A model generated the notes under the pieces. That model ran no database searches. It had not been told where the DNA came from and saw nothing but the letters and a program-made list of their open reading frames with translations. This document shows, piece after piece, positions 47,801 to 60,846 of a stretch of 64,000 nt of DNA. The stretch comes from Podarcis gaigeae. Taxonomy: Eukaryota. The position numbers and the translations under genes are program-made. Each line of letters opens with the position of its first letter. The first letter of the stretch is position 1. Location of the stretch: assembly GCA_964106915.2 (NCBI GenBank), contig OZ066929.1; one strand, given 5' to 3'.

Positions 47801-50800
47801 GTCCTCGAGAAGTAGCCAGCCAGCAGAAAGCTGCGGCCTCATAGTACAGCTTTAGGTCTGGCAGGGCAAAGCCCCCTCGTTTTTTCGCATCAGTTAATAT
47901 CTTAAACTTAATTCTGGGCTTTTTGCCCTGCCAGACAAACTTAGAGATGTCTCTCTGCCACTTCCGGAAGCACTCCGTCCTGTCCACAATCTGTAGTGTT
48001 TGAAACAAAAACAACATTTTTGGCAATACATTCATCTTAATAGCAGCAATTCGGCCTAACAAAGAAAGTTTCAATTTTGTCCAACTGTCTAAGTCTCTCT
48101 TAATTTCGGACCAGCATTTTTCATAGTTATCCTTAAAAAGACTCAGATTTTTTGCTGTTATGTTTACCCCTAGGTACTTTACTTTTTTAACCACAGTTAG
48201 TTCTGTCTCTCTCTGAAACCGTTCTGACTCTGAATCTGTCAAATTTTTCCCCAACACCTTAGTTTTCTGTTTGTTTAATTTAAATCCCGCCACCCGACCA
48301 AAGTCTTGAATCAGTTGTAATACTCTTTTCGTACTAGATTCTGGCTCCTGCAGAGTCAAAACTAGGTCATCTGCAAAAGCTTTAAGTTTGCATTGTTTTG
48401 CTCCGACCTCCTGTGTTTTGCCCTATCTCGCTGCATCCCATTTCTTGTCTTTATGTACTCCTTTCCACAGCCACCACCCTAAGAAGAGCCGCATTCTCTT
48501 GGGAGATGTCCTAGAAAGTAAATATCAGCCCAGCTTGTGCACTTCCTTGCTGCAGAACTTTGTGGATGGCACAGATAGCCCTCGCCACCATGGGCGGAAG
48601 CAAGGAGGTTCTCAGGATGATAGCTTCCTGCATTCTGATCCATTGAGATTATAGTTGTTTGCCATGCAGTTTGATTGTATCTCCCCATCTGCGCCGCCAC
48701 CCTCCCCCTGCCCTATATTGCAAATAAGTGGTTGAAATGTCCCTTGTTCACTTGTGCAAATGGCTCCTTTGTCAATTGCTTTGCTCTGGGAGATTGTCTT
48801 CTGCTGCCTGTCTTTCCCAGAACAATTTCTTTCTGTGCAAAACCCGGACAGTTCCTTGCAAGCAGCCCCTGCAGCTGCAGTTCCCTCCAGGCTCAGTTCC
48901 TTCCTTCTCCCCACCCCCCTTGAACACCCTTTCCCCTTCTCTGCCTTATCTCTGCTGCCAGGTTGGGGCTAGTTTGCAAGGAGAGACTCCCTTGATTAGA
49001 CGCTGACAGAGCAAGGCAGCAGGTCTTCCTCTCCCCTCTAGCAAAGACATCTTTCTTCTCCTCTTCACTGGGTCCTGGGTTGCAAACCTCTGTTGAGATG
49101 GCAAAGGTGGTGCTGCAGGACAGTCAGGTAAGAGGCGTATGTCTCTCCAGGCCTCAGGAAATATTTCAAATCTTAAGAGCCATTTTGACAGGTCTGAAGA
49201 TTTTCTGGCCCTGGGTTATTGTCCAGGACTTCATACTTCTCTCCCTGCCTCTTACCCACACTCATGCATACACAATCTCTCTTTTCAGCTGTGTGTATTA
49301 TGACATATTTAGGGGTGAAACTTTACCACAACAGACAGACCCTACTGAGGAATACTTCTATCTGCAATTAGGACTTGATAGGCTCTTAACTGATAATGTT
49401 TGTCTCAGTGCTATCTTGTCCTGTGCCCTGTATGGCTCTGCAGGCACCTTTTCCTGCAGGGCCCTTGCTCGTTCCATGTGCTGCTTACCTGCGTTACACA
49501 GCCTGATCTTTGGGGAAGCAAATGACTGCCCCTTGGGGCCAGTTGTGCTACTGAATAACCTCCGCTTCTTTCAGGTCTTTGACGCATGTGTTCTTTGCCC
49601 TAAAGCCTGTCAAGGGTTGCTGGTCTAGGGCTGGTCAGGTCAGGCAATAAAAACGACATTAGTAATAGTTGTTTGTGGTTGTGCCAACAATGTTCTGGTG
49701 TTTTACAGCACAACAAAGGGAAAGGCGGGCCCCTGCCCAGAGAAGCGTAGAATTTTAGATCTGACACAAGGGAGGCAGGCAAGAGGGATGGGTATCTAAT
49801 TGCACGTTGCTCAGCTAACCTTTAGGGCTGTTCCTTTTAATGCAGCGAACATTGCAGAAGGTGTCTGCCCAGGTAAGTTCCAGTGTGGAGCTTCCTGGGA
49901 TGCCTTCTGTGTCCACTTCCATGGCTTAACTGTCCCACCCTGCTTGGCAGCCCCTTTGCGAGGAAAGGCTTGGCTGGTGCAAGCTTCCTCTTGATGTAGG
50001 GTTTTGCGGGGAGATTGTGGAAATGCCACCATAATAACCCTCCCTCTTTGGAGTAATTGGAGACATTTCTTCACAGGAGAAGAATGGCTTGAAGAAAGAG
50101 ACTATCCGCGTGGGAACAAGGAAAAGCCAGGTGAGGTTCTTGTCATTACTGTTTTCTTGCCTGCCTGCTGCTTTTCTCTCTGCTTTCCCTGGGTCTGCTT
50201 CTTGCAAAGTGTTCGTACAAACAGGACTGTGCATTGACTGGTGAATGAATTTGCATTGGGACAACAGGGCATTTTCTGTTGCTTTCCTAGTAACCAGGTT
50301 GGAACAGAGGAAGGCAGGGAAAGACGGCTGGTGCTGAAGAGAGCAAGTCATAGAACGAAGTGTATTCTTAAAGGCCTGAGTTATAGGGGTGGATAATAGC
50401 AATATATAAAAATGCCTTAAGAAAAGGACGAAGAACTATCCTCTGTTGTGCCAGAGGACAGGACTAGATCCTAGGGGCTTAAATCCCAGGAGGGGAGAAC
50501 TCAGATGAGCATTTGGAGAGACTTCTTAAAGGCGAGAGCAGTCCTGACACCGAAACCATGGTGGAAGGGTCAGAGCTCAGTGGTGGAGCCCTTGTGGTTC
50601 AATCCCCGGCATCTCCAGGTAGGGCTGTGAAAGAAGACTCCCTGCCTGAAAGCCTGGAAGAATGGTTGCTAGTCAGTGCTGACCGAACTGAGCTAGAGGG
50701 AGCAATGGTTTGTCTTGGGATAATGCAGTTTCCTGTATTGCCTCACTGGGGGCAGAGGCTGGACAGTCCTTTCTTAGAGATGTTGCTGGGTTTTCTGTAT

Positions 50801-52674
50801 CAAGCAGAGCTTAGACTTAGAGTCCCCCACTGCTGCCGGAGCTCTTAATGGCTGCTTTGCAGGAACTCACATATTCTGGGAACTATCCTTGCCCTCCCCT
50901 TCAGCAGTAGCAAATTCCAAATTCATATTAGGCTAAGTATCACAGGAGCTGTATTCCCAAATGTGCATCTTTCTGAGTTATATTTCACTCAGTGCTTCTC
51001 CTCAATACTTTGTCCCTTTGCTACTAACCCTAATTTGCTAGCAGCCACAGGGTTTCGTTTGTAAGGCTGTTACGTCATTTGCATTATACTGCCTTAAGTG
51101 TTTGTCAGCTGTGCTACTTCGCTGCTGCTTATTGAAGAACGACCTTAAAACTTTTCATTTGTATCCACCTGGCAATTAATCCATACTTCTCCAGCTGAAT
51201 TGTTTTGGTGGTGTTGAGCAACCATCAATTCCCCTGACCTTTCTTTTGCCAGGAGGATGCAAAGATTTCCTCATGGGCCGCCCTAGCAGGAGCAAAGAAG
51301 TACGCCCAAGAGCCAAGACTGGGAGGGGCAGACTTGTAAAGAAAGATAATGCTCCACCCTTGCGGTGGAGAGCTAATCTCCCATCTGCCTCCTGTTGTTG
51401 AGGCTGGTGGCAGCTCAGGAATAAACCCAGAAAGCCTGTTTGGAACAGGGGCCTAGGATGGGGCGGCACCTCAGGGCGGCATCTCCTTTTCGCTAGAAGC
51501 CTTGTCCTGGGCGCCAGAAGTGGTTCTCCACTCCTTCTCTCAGAACATAAGAATTGCCCTTCAGCCGGGTCACGTCAAAGACCCATCTAGTCCAGCATCC
51601 GGTTCTCACAGTGGCCAACCACATGCCTCTTGGAAGCCCACAAGAAGCCCTGAGTCCAGCAGCAATATTTTCACTATTGCAATTCTCAGCAACTGATATT
51701 CAATGGCACACAACCACCAACAATGGATGCACAACACGGCCATTGTAGCTAATATTCCACTGATAGGCTTTCACACCCTTTTATAGCCCCTGAAATTGAT
51801 GACCATCTCTATGTCTTGTGGGAGCAAACCCTGAAATTTAATTACGCTCTGTGTGAAGAAGTCCTTCCCTTTGCCTGTCCGGAATCCTGCAACACTTGGC
51901 TTCAATGAATGGTATTTCTGCAGAGCTTCATTCTGGGAGGTTTGCTGAGCGCACATCAGCTGCGCTGCTGCCTTCTTCCTTTTCATTCTCTGACTGGCTC
52001 AAGCCAGGTTGGCTCTCTTCATGTCTGGCTTTTTCTCTGTGGGCCCCCAAAGCTGGGGGAGGGGGGGGGCAGAGCAGATCACAGACATGAACCGGACCCA
52101 AAACCGATGAGAGTGAAGTGCATAGGAAGTGGGACTTGAAGTCTCATGTCTTCTGGGCTCTTGTGGGAACAGCGTATCGGAGCAAGAATCTGCGCACATG
52201 TCTTCCTCTGACAGCAGGTGCGTTGGGCACACTTGCCGCCTGCGCCTCTTGGGTCATAGGTAGGGCACACTGATTGACTTTGCCTTCCTTCTCTCTGAAA
52301 TTGCAGCTCGCCCGGATCCAAACGGACAGTGTAGTTCAGATGCTGCAGGAGCGCCACCCTCACCTCTGCTTTGAGATTGGTGAGTGTGTGAGGCAGGAAG
52401 CCTGGGAATTAGGTATTGACCAAGTAGTGGATGGGGAGAAAGCAAGCCAACACAGGAGCTCCATCCAGGTGCTGGGTGAGAGCAGCCTCAGGTGCACAGA
52501 AAGAGTGCTGAGCTTTTCTGACCTGGTGCATGGAGAGGATGGGCTTGTGTGGCACCTAGCTTTGTATTATTATTATTACTACTAATTAATTAATTAATTA
52601 ATTAATTTCTATATGACCATTCCTTCAAGACTCACAGAGTGGCTTACCTTGTAAAACCCCAAAATACATAACAT

Positions 52675-52714
<40 letters not shown>

Positions 52715-55700
52715 TACATTTATATGCCTTTTTTCCCTTCCAAGGGGCTCAAGGCATTGTACATAGTTCTCCTCCCCATTTCATCCTCTCAACAGCCCTG
52801 TGAGGTAGGTTAGACTAAAAGATACCCAGTGAGCTTCATGGCTGAGTGGGAATTCGAACCCTGGTCTCCCAGGTCCTACTCCCAACACATTATCAGTTAT
52901 GCCACACGTTAAATAGTAGCAAACATAAACAATATCCCCCACCCACACAGTTTAAAAGGCCATAGATTATTTAAGTAGCCAAAGGCCTGGGATAAGAGGG
53001 GTGTTTTTTCCTGGCGCCAGTTTGTATCCTACCCTACTAAAGCAGTGAGCATCTAGGAAGTCCACACATTGCTCACCTTTGTTGTAGCTCATGTCCTACT
53101 GGTGCTTGTCATCCTTCCTGATCTTCCCTCTTCCTTCTTTCCTTCCTCTCTCTCTGAATAGTTGCCATGTCAACCACAGGTGACAAGATCCTGGACACAG
53201 CTCTGTCCAAGGTAAGCAGCCGTATGCTCCATGGGCTCAAGACGCAACCAGCAGTGGATAGAAAAAGCAACCCAGGTTGTAACATGCTCTTTTCCTATTT
53301 AGATTGGTGAGAAAAGCTTATTTACGAAGGAACTGGAAAATGCACTGGAAAGAAATGAGTAAGTTCTGTTTGGCTGGGAAGTGCAGGAGAAAGCTCTCCT
53401 TGGCAGGCAATGCCTGGTGGTGCCCTTGGTGCTGGTGCTTTTCCTTTGAGCAGGAGTCTATGTCCTGGTAGGCAATGGATTCTTCCAGAGCCAGGAAGTC
53501 TTCTCTTGAGCGAAAGCGTTTCCTCTAACCCAACGTTGCAGGTTGGGAGTCCAGCAATTGTGGGGAGGGGGAACCTAGTCATGGCGCATAACTGAGGAGA
53601 GCTCTGGTGCCTTCTGTAAAATAACGGGTGTTTTTCCTGCTCTTTCTGAAACATCAGGGTCTGATGTTTAAAACTGTGTCACAGCAATCCTGAGCAGTAG
53701 GCCACATTGAGGCTGACATGCCCAGGCCCACCCAGCAAAGCTTCATAGCCAAGCAGGCATCTGCGCTGAGGTCTTATGCTTCATAATTGCTCTCTCTGCC
53801 CATCCTGGGCGCATAGGTTTGACACACCCATGACCAGCTTATTTCTTCCCTTCCAGGGTTGACTTGGTGGTTCACTCCCTGAAGGACCTGCCCACATCTC
53901 TCCCACCTGGCTTCACCATTGGTGGAATCTGCAAGTGAGTTTGGGCTCCTCTGCTTCCTTCTGCCTGACTGGTGCTCAACGCTCCGGCTCTTGGTCCATC
54001 AAAGTTTGCCCTGGCCAGGCATCCGACTTCCCATTTCCACGTCAGCTGTTGGTTCCCTGTGGAAGTGGCCCTGCCCACCAAACCACCTAACTTCCAGAGC
54101 ATCAGATGGGTAACGCCTTCTTTAACCCATTTCAACTGGCCACTGCCTTAGGCCAAGTGGTGGCCTTTGCTGTGAACAGACAAAAGTCCAGGTCGTGTAG
54201 CCTCCCACTGTCTCTTTGCAAGAAATTTGGGAGGCAACTGCTGCTGATGCAGCAGCAGCCCTGCTGACCTGCTCCCTAAAAGGCAACCCTGTCTGTCCGT
54301 TGCAGGAGAGAGAGTCCATATGATGCGGTCGTCTTCCACCCTAAGCATGCAGGCAAGAGCCTCCACAGCCTCCCTGAGAAGAGGTGAGTTCCACTTGTTC
54401 CTTCCTTGGGTTCCATCTGGTGTGCAGGGAGGGCTGAAATTAGCATTTTGCCCCAGCTTCAACCCCTCTTGGGTAGCAGTGCTGAGAGGGGTCCCTGCCT
54501 GGCTGAGGTCTTGCCCAGAGTTGACACTTTGCTGCCAGGAAATAACAGCACATGGTCCCATGTAGACAATGTTTCTGCAGAGGTGTCCGGGGGACTGTTC
54601 CTAACTCTGCTCAGACGGGTGAGGCTGACCAGTCCAGACTCTTCTTTGACACCGTTTTCCTTTTGGCTCTCTGGCAGCGTGATCGGGACCAGCTCACTTC
54701 GCCGGGCAGCTCAGCTGAAGAGAAAGTTCCCTCACCTGGAATTCAGGGATATTGTATCCTTTGAAAATGACCCCTGGACTTAGACTGGCCCTTGAAAAAC
54801 CAAACAGTGATGCCCCCTCTCTGTACACCCCCCCGTCTCACCATGCTTAGCCTTTGCACTCAAATTTTGCCACCATGTGCGAAAAGGACACCTTGTGGAG
54901 GTTGAATGTCCTAGTGGAGAATGTGGCCATTCCTTTGAATATGCAGCTTCTGTTATATTGAATATGAACTTTTTCAAGGCCCCACATCCCTGGCTTGGCT
55001 TTGAATCGGGGCCTAGCCAGGCATTGTGCTGAGATGCAGCCCGGAGGCCTGGCAGAGGAGCTAAGGTCTTGAGCCGCCTTCTCCCCTGCAGAGAGGGACT
55101 GTGATGTTAGAACACCCTCCCTGGTGGCCAGCTCTGGAAGTGCAGGCCATGGGCCATCCAACCAGGGATCTCTGTGGTTTTCCCTTAATCCTTCTTGTAG
55201 AGGGGAAATTTGAACACTCGCTTGAAGAAGCTGGATGAGAAGGAGGATTTCAGCGCCATTGTCCTGGCAGCGGCTGGCCTCAGGCGGATGGGCTGGGACA
55301 GCCGCATTGGTCAAGTAAGTAGGGCACAAGAGATTGGGATGGAGGTTGTGTCGTCGTCGTTCCCGCCACCGCCGCAGCCCCTTCATCGTGCCCAGGGAGC
55401 TTCTCCTCCTTGTGTCTTCAGTTCTTGAGATGCTCACTGATTTCTGCATTCCTTTGGGATATATAAACTGAATGAATTTGTGAAACGCCCTGAGGTGTAT
55501 AGGGCTGAATACAAATTTAAAATAAATAAAATATTTTGCTCCGCCTTTGTTCTGAGCATCACCAACCCTCGTTCTGCTTCCTTCCAGGTCCTGAGCCCCG
55601 CAGACTGCTTGTACGCAGTTGGGCAGGTACAGTATGTGATGTGCTCTCCGTTCTGGCCCTGCTGTGTGTGCGAACAGCTGAGCCTCCCCAACACACCCTT

Positions 55701-58700
55701 CTTCTTGAGGGTGCCTTTCGCTCTTTCTCCAACTGCTCCTCGCCCTCAAATGAGCACCCCAAAGTCAGGCTATGCACACATTCCAACAAATTCTCTCTAG
55801 AGAGCAAACTCTCACCTGGTGTGAATCCCAAAGCTGGAAGGTTAAATGGCCTTGGTGCTCCGAGGCTGCGCCGCTTGCCCTGATGGGTACCAGCTTCTGC
55901 ATCCTCCCATTTGTGCAGGTATGGCTAACCTGTGGCCCTCTAGAATTTGTTGGCCTACACCCCCAAATCAATCCTGGCCATGTACTGTAAAGTGCATGAA
56001 CTGTAAACTGTAAAAGTGGGTTTCCCCAAATTTAAAAATGTTGCTAAGCTCTCTTTTCACTGCATGCCTTGCTTGCCCCTTGTCCAAAAGTGGGTGAAAT
56101 GTATGCATTGTGGGAATCCTTGAAGACATGTTCTTTTGTCTCTCGGAAATCCCAGCAACAAAAATGCCAAAATCCATCACAGGGCAATTCCTTTCTAAAG
56201 CCAACCAGAATGTCACAAAATATTGTGCCAGCTTTTGAGTCCCCCAGAACTATTCATTGGGCTGAAGTAAAGAAAACACAGAAACTTAAAAGCTTGCACT
56301 ATATTGTGACATTTTGGTTGACCTAATAAAGGCATTGGCATAATATGGATTTAGTAATTTTTCTTATGGGTCAGTATGGCTGGCTTTCCACCCACCCACC
56401 CACTGAAAGCAGTTTTTAGCAGGGGCTTGTGGGGGAAAGGGGTAGTGGATGCTTTGGTAGTCATATGTCTCCATCTCAAGCTCAAGCCTGCTTCACAGAG
56501 TAGAGAGAGACTGCTCCTGTTGTTATCTGACTGCTGACCCTGGTCGTTGCAGAGCAGAGGCTTTGAACGCTGTGGGGGCTGCGTAGCCACTAGGCTGTTC
56601 TAGAAGCTGAGAAGGGCCTCTTTCCCTGCTCCTCTTCCTTTCTCCAGGGAGCCCTAGCAGTGGAGGTGAGAGCCAGGGACCAGGAGATCCTTGATATGGT
56701 GTCCGTCCTGCACGACGGTGAGACGGTGCTGCGCTGCATTGCAGAGAGGGCCTTCATGAAGCACTTGGTAGGTTTCAGGAAGTGCTTGATCGGAGGCCAC
56801 AGCAGCCACCTGCTTATGTGGGGCTCAGGGCAGTGGGGTGCTTCCTTCCCAGGGAGAAGAGGAATTCAGGGATTTTGTTTTTTTAAATAGTTCTGAGTTG
56901 CATTTGTTTCTCAGTTTGATCCTTTCCCATGGCATGCATTGTGACTTGCGGTTATTATTGATAGTTTATTGCAATTGTTAAGAGTGAATTTGTTTAGTCA
57001 TCATTGGTTGATGTTTTGAGTTATTTTATTGTGTACCATTATAGTCAAATAGATTATTGAATATTACTTTGATATGTCATTCATTAAAGTTATGCCATGT
57101 TATGGCTTTTTTAATTGGATCAAGTTATGACAAGTTGTGTGTTCTTTGTTGTATATTTTGTTGCTGTGAACCGCCTTGTTTAGTAATATGGAAAAGTGGT
57201 ATGCTATGCTAATTAAAAGTAAAATGAAGAGGGAGGCTTGGCAACAGCGTCATTCATCTCCCCGACATTTTCCATTCCAGGAAGGTGGCTGCAGTGTCCC
57301 TGTGGCAGTGAACACCGTGCTGAAGGACTTCCAGGTAATGACAATTCAGAATACCATAGGCCTTGTTTTTTCCAGCCAGCAGCCAGGCTGGGTCTCTCTT
57401 AGCAATGGTTTGTGGGCCGCTCCCAGCATTGAAAGCAGTTGGTGGAGGGAGAGACCTGTGCTGGATGCAATAGCCCTGCTTGGTATGAAGGGTTCCCTGA
57501 CTGAGATGGAGCAAAGAACCCTCGAACCAGTGAACTCACATTCATGACATGTGACCCACCTTCTTGGCCTTCCACCTGCAATACAAGGATAACAACACTG
57601 GCCTACTCTATAGGGTTGTTGTAAGGATCACCAGAAGATAATCTATGGTTATTATCAACCGACTAGCTGTTTGCTAGCCAGGGATGGGGAATCTGTGGTT
57701 CCAATCCCCATCATCCTATTGGCTGTGGCTGATAGTTATTATTAAAAAGCATTTATAAACCACTTTAAAAATGCTGAGTTGGCAGTCCCCCCACTTCAGA
57801 CATTCATTTCCCCTTTTGACTGGATCAGTCTCAGCACTCATCCTGGAAGATTTGGTAGTTCACATAAAAGTTTAAGTTGCTGCTTCCAGCCTGATAATTC
57901 CTTCCTGTCCTTCTAGGACCCTTCCTTTTTAAAAAAGGTGACTTAATTCTGAATCCCAGACTCTTGTAGAAGATGTCACACACTGCCTATCCCTTGGTTT
58001 TCCCTTCTCTATCCCTTCTCCAAAGGGAGAGCTGTGTGCGGTGCTGTTGACGTTTTCTCTTTATTTTCCCTAGTTATATTTGACTGGAGCAGTCTACAGC
58101 CTTGATGGATCAGAGAGCCTACGTGAGACCATGCAAGCAAGCATGAATTATTTCCCACATGAGGTACTCGCTACTGTATTGCAAAACAGCACATTTTCTA
58201 GGCTTCCACACAGGGGAAAACCTTTCTGCTTGGCTCCTCCCATGACACAGAGAGAAAACCCCCCAATAAAACTACATCTAAGCAAAGTGTGGGGAGCTTT
58301 TGGCTGTTGCTGAACTACGCTTCCCATCATTCCTGGCAATGGGTCCTGCTTGTTCAGACTGATGGAAATTGTAGTTCAGTAATATCTGGAGGGACAAAGC
58401 TTCCCCACACCTTATTTAAGCTTTGTTTCCTATTATATCCAAAACGGAGACACTGGCCTGTTGCTCCCAAACAAGCCACTGTATGTAAGGCAGCAACAGA
58501 CCCTAATCCTGGATTTCAGTGTTAACAGGAAGCAAAGCTTAAGTGCAACTTCCTGGTTTGCTTCACAGGAGTGAAGCAGGAACTATTGCAAAGTATGCAG
58601 TAGCATGCTCCTCATTCACACTAAACCATGGCTTATTGTAATATGCTAACAAGCTCATAGATGTTTTGGCCAATAGTGTTAGTCACACTTGTTCAGCCAC

Positions 58701-59430
58701 CTCCATTAAAAGACCAGCTGTACAATCCTAGCATCTTGTTTATATGGGTTGTTTTCCCTCCTCTAATTTTACTGCAGGATACAAAACCAATGTTAAATTT
58801 GAGGAGGCTCACTAAAAGGACCCCTGACAGTTAAGTCCAGTCGTGAATGACTGTGGGGTTGCAGCACTCATCTCGCTTTACTGGCTGAGAGAGCCGGCGT
58901 TTGTCCACAAGTTTTTCCGGCTCATGTGGCCAGCATGACTAAGCCGCTTCTGGCGAAACCAGAGCAGCGCACGAAAATGCTGTTTCCCTTCCCGCTGGAG
59001 TGGTACCTATTTATCTATTTGCACTTTGATGTGCTTTTGAACTGCTAGGTTGGCAGGAGCTGGGACCGAGCACCGGGAGCTCACCCCATCGCGGGGATTT
59101 GAACCACCAACCTTCCGATCGGCAAGGCCTAGGCTCAGTGGTTTAGACCACAGCATCCCCCACTATCCTTCAATAAATGTGAATCTTGAATTGCTGCCTC
59201 TAACCCTCAAATGTCCTATTGCTGGCTAAGGAATTTTGCATCTTACTTTTACTTTTCAGAATGAAGATGGCCCCAACGATGACATCCAGCATGTTGGCAT
59301 CACTGCAAAGAATTTCTCTCAGTCTGCTCAAGTGGCTGCAGAGAAGTTAGGCATTCAGGTGGCTGAGCTCCTCCTGAGCAGAGGGGCAAAGCACATCCTC
59401 AACGTGGCCCGACAGCTCAACGATGCCTGA
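44636..59430 (+). CDS. HMBS: Hydroxymethylbilane synthase (porphobilinogen deaminase), housekeeping isoform, 358 aa
   Basis: Exons 44636-44659, 50077-50130, 52307-52379, 53162-53211, 53303-53358, 53857-53934, 54306-54383, 54678-54753, 55201-55314, 55588-55626, 56648-56767, 57281-57334, 58074-58163, 59260-59430 (1077 nt, in frame). Motifs [43 protein letters not shown] and EGGCSVP (cofactor Cys). Confidence 0.96.
46441..48408 (-). mobile_element. 5'-truncated, frameshifted L1-clade LINE (3' half of ORF2) in HMBS intron 1
   Basis: Three overlapping ORF pieces (48359-47796, 47842-47240, 47295-46741) with [24 protein letters not shown] and CWKC...HLWWTC motifs. AATAAA and poly(A) near 46461-46437; TSD TCCTGT(A/G)TTTT at 46430-40 and 48409-19. 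Confidence 0.9.
48911..48961. promoter_or_regulatory. Candidate erythroid-specific HMBS promoter (two CACCC boxes + GATA/TAL1 composite)
   Basis: CACCC at 48912-16 and 48925-29; minus strand 48961-48946 reads CTG-GCAGCAG-AGATAA. Confidence 0.7.
49098..49127 (+). CDS. HMBS: Candidate alternative (erythroid) coding first exon of [14 protein letters not shown]
   Basis: Strong Kozak context gagATGG, 10 codons, strong phase-0 donor CAG|GTAAGA, in frame with exon 50077-50130. Confidence 0.7.
51540..51880 (-). mobile_element. CR1 LINE 3' fragment
   Basis: Begins AGAACATAAGAA...CCCATCTAGTCCAGCATCC, the reverse complement of a CR1 3' end, and continues into degenerate CR1-like sequence. Confidence 0.6.
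52675..52908 (-). mobile_element. tRNA-derived squamate SINE (MIR/Squam3-like) with (TAAA)n tail
   Basis: (TTTA)n tail, core CAACAGCCCTGTGAGGTAGG, and B-box GGGTTCGAATTCCC on the minus strand. Confidence 0.7.
54754..55200 (+). other. U12-type GT-AG intron of HMBS
   Basis: Donor GTATCCTTT at 54754, branch-like CCTTAAT at 55183-89, and AG at 55199-200. Splicing restores [12 protein letters not shown]. Confidence 0.88.
58813..59160 (-). mobile_element. Sauria SINE (older copy)
   Basis: The reverse complement shares its head, core (CCAACCTAGCAGTTC) and 3' region with the 30478-30840 element. Confidence 0.85.
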
Positions 59431-59770
59431 TGGGGGCCTGACGTGGATGTCAAGCTGTAGCCGTTGTCCTTCATGGAAGCAATGAAGTCTCTTGCAAATC
59501 AACCACTGCCCTCTCGGTGAAGGGAATCTTAATTTATTATGGTAGCTACGCCACAGTTTACCTGTGCTGCTAAGGACTGACTCATGCTGTAGCCTCCAAT
59601 GGAAGATTCATGCTGGCAGGGATCACACTCCCTTTAACACACAGCCTGAATTTTGAGAATGAGAACCATTTAAAAGAAGTTGGTGCCTTCATTGATTGCT
59701 GTAAGGAATAATGTAACCTGGTACAGTTGCATAGAATGAAGTGTATATTTTTTTAATTATTGCCAAATGG

Positions 59771-59776
59771 ATTAAA
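59771..59776 (+). terminator. Candidate HMBS poly(A) signal ATTAAA
   Basis: First poly(A) hexamer after the stop codon (about 340 nt downstream), followed by a T-rich tract. Confidence 0.55.
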
Positions 59777-60840
59777 GAGATTTAAACTGAAAGTAGTGGA
59801 ATTCTTATTTGTTTAGCTATAGCTGAATTTACTGCGGCTTACTTGCGTATGCATGCCAGCTCCTTTAAAGCACACGGCTTTCCCTCAAAGAACCCTGGGA
59901 ACCACAGTCTGCCCCCGGGAGCTGCAATACCAGCACTCTTAACCAACCACAATTTCCAGAATTCTTTGAGTTTGTAAACAGACCTGTTTTCACCTGAGTA
60001 TTGCAAAACAATCACCAAAGGGCTTTAGCAGGAAGGAGCAAACCTGCCTGGTCATAATAGAACCGTCATGAAGAAAGGGTGGGTAGAAAGAAAACTTTGT
60101 AAATCTCAAATGATCTCCAGAACTCCATCCTCTTTCCAACAGTGGCTAACTAGCTGCTTCCAGGCACCCATACAATAAGCAGGACATGAAAGCGAGATGC
60201 AGGAAGCTGTAAGCTCCACAGAGCCATCTGTCACCTCCATTAATTTAATACCCTTTTGCCTAATGGCAGGAAAGTCCATTAAGTTAGGAAAGAGAGTTCC
60301 CTTTGGCTGCTTTCACCAAACAAATGTCAGTCCCAGTCAGCATGGTCTAATTGGGGGGTGGGGGAAAGCCCACCTGTTTTCTATGCCAAGCCAACAATGA
60401 CCTTTCTCCTGCCTGTTAGCCATGCTGCTTTGGGCTGCCATTAATCTTAATCTGCACCAGTGGATACTCCTCTCTCTGCTTTTCTATACCACACCCTCAA
60501 CTTTTTATGGTAAGGACCAAGAGGACACAGGAAGCTGCCTTACACTCAGCCAGGCCACTGGCTCATGCAGCTCAGTACAGTACTGTTTATAGTAACGGGC
60601 AAAGGTCCTGCAGATGCCTTCAGGCAAGGGGCAATCCCAGTCTTCCCCAGAGTTTGAACCTGGCAAAGTGCAAGAATGTAAGAATTTCTTCATAAAGAGT
60701 TATCATACAGCCTACTGAGACTGGTGCACTGAACGTAGCTCTTGCGAAACCTTGCAGAGCTCACCTGCCGCTTATTTTCTAAACGGCTTGCCCCCACCCA
60801 TATAAACTTAAGCAAGCCCAGTTTAAACAGCGCAAATTCG

Positions 60841-60846
60841 TTTAAT
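60841..60846 (-). terminator. Candidate H2AX poly(A) signal ATTAAA
   Basis: Minus-strand ATTAAA about 240 nt after the stop codon, preceded by a U-rich tract. Confidence 0.6.

Noticed and set aside
54847-55749. 300-aa minus-strand ORF antisense to HMBS
   Set aside because: It overlaps HMBS exons and introns in antisense and has no recognisable domain; most likely chance.
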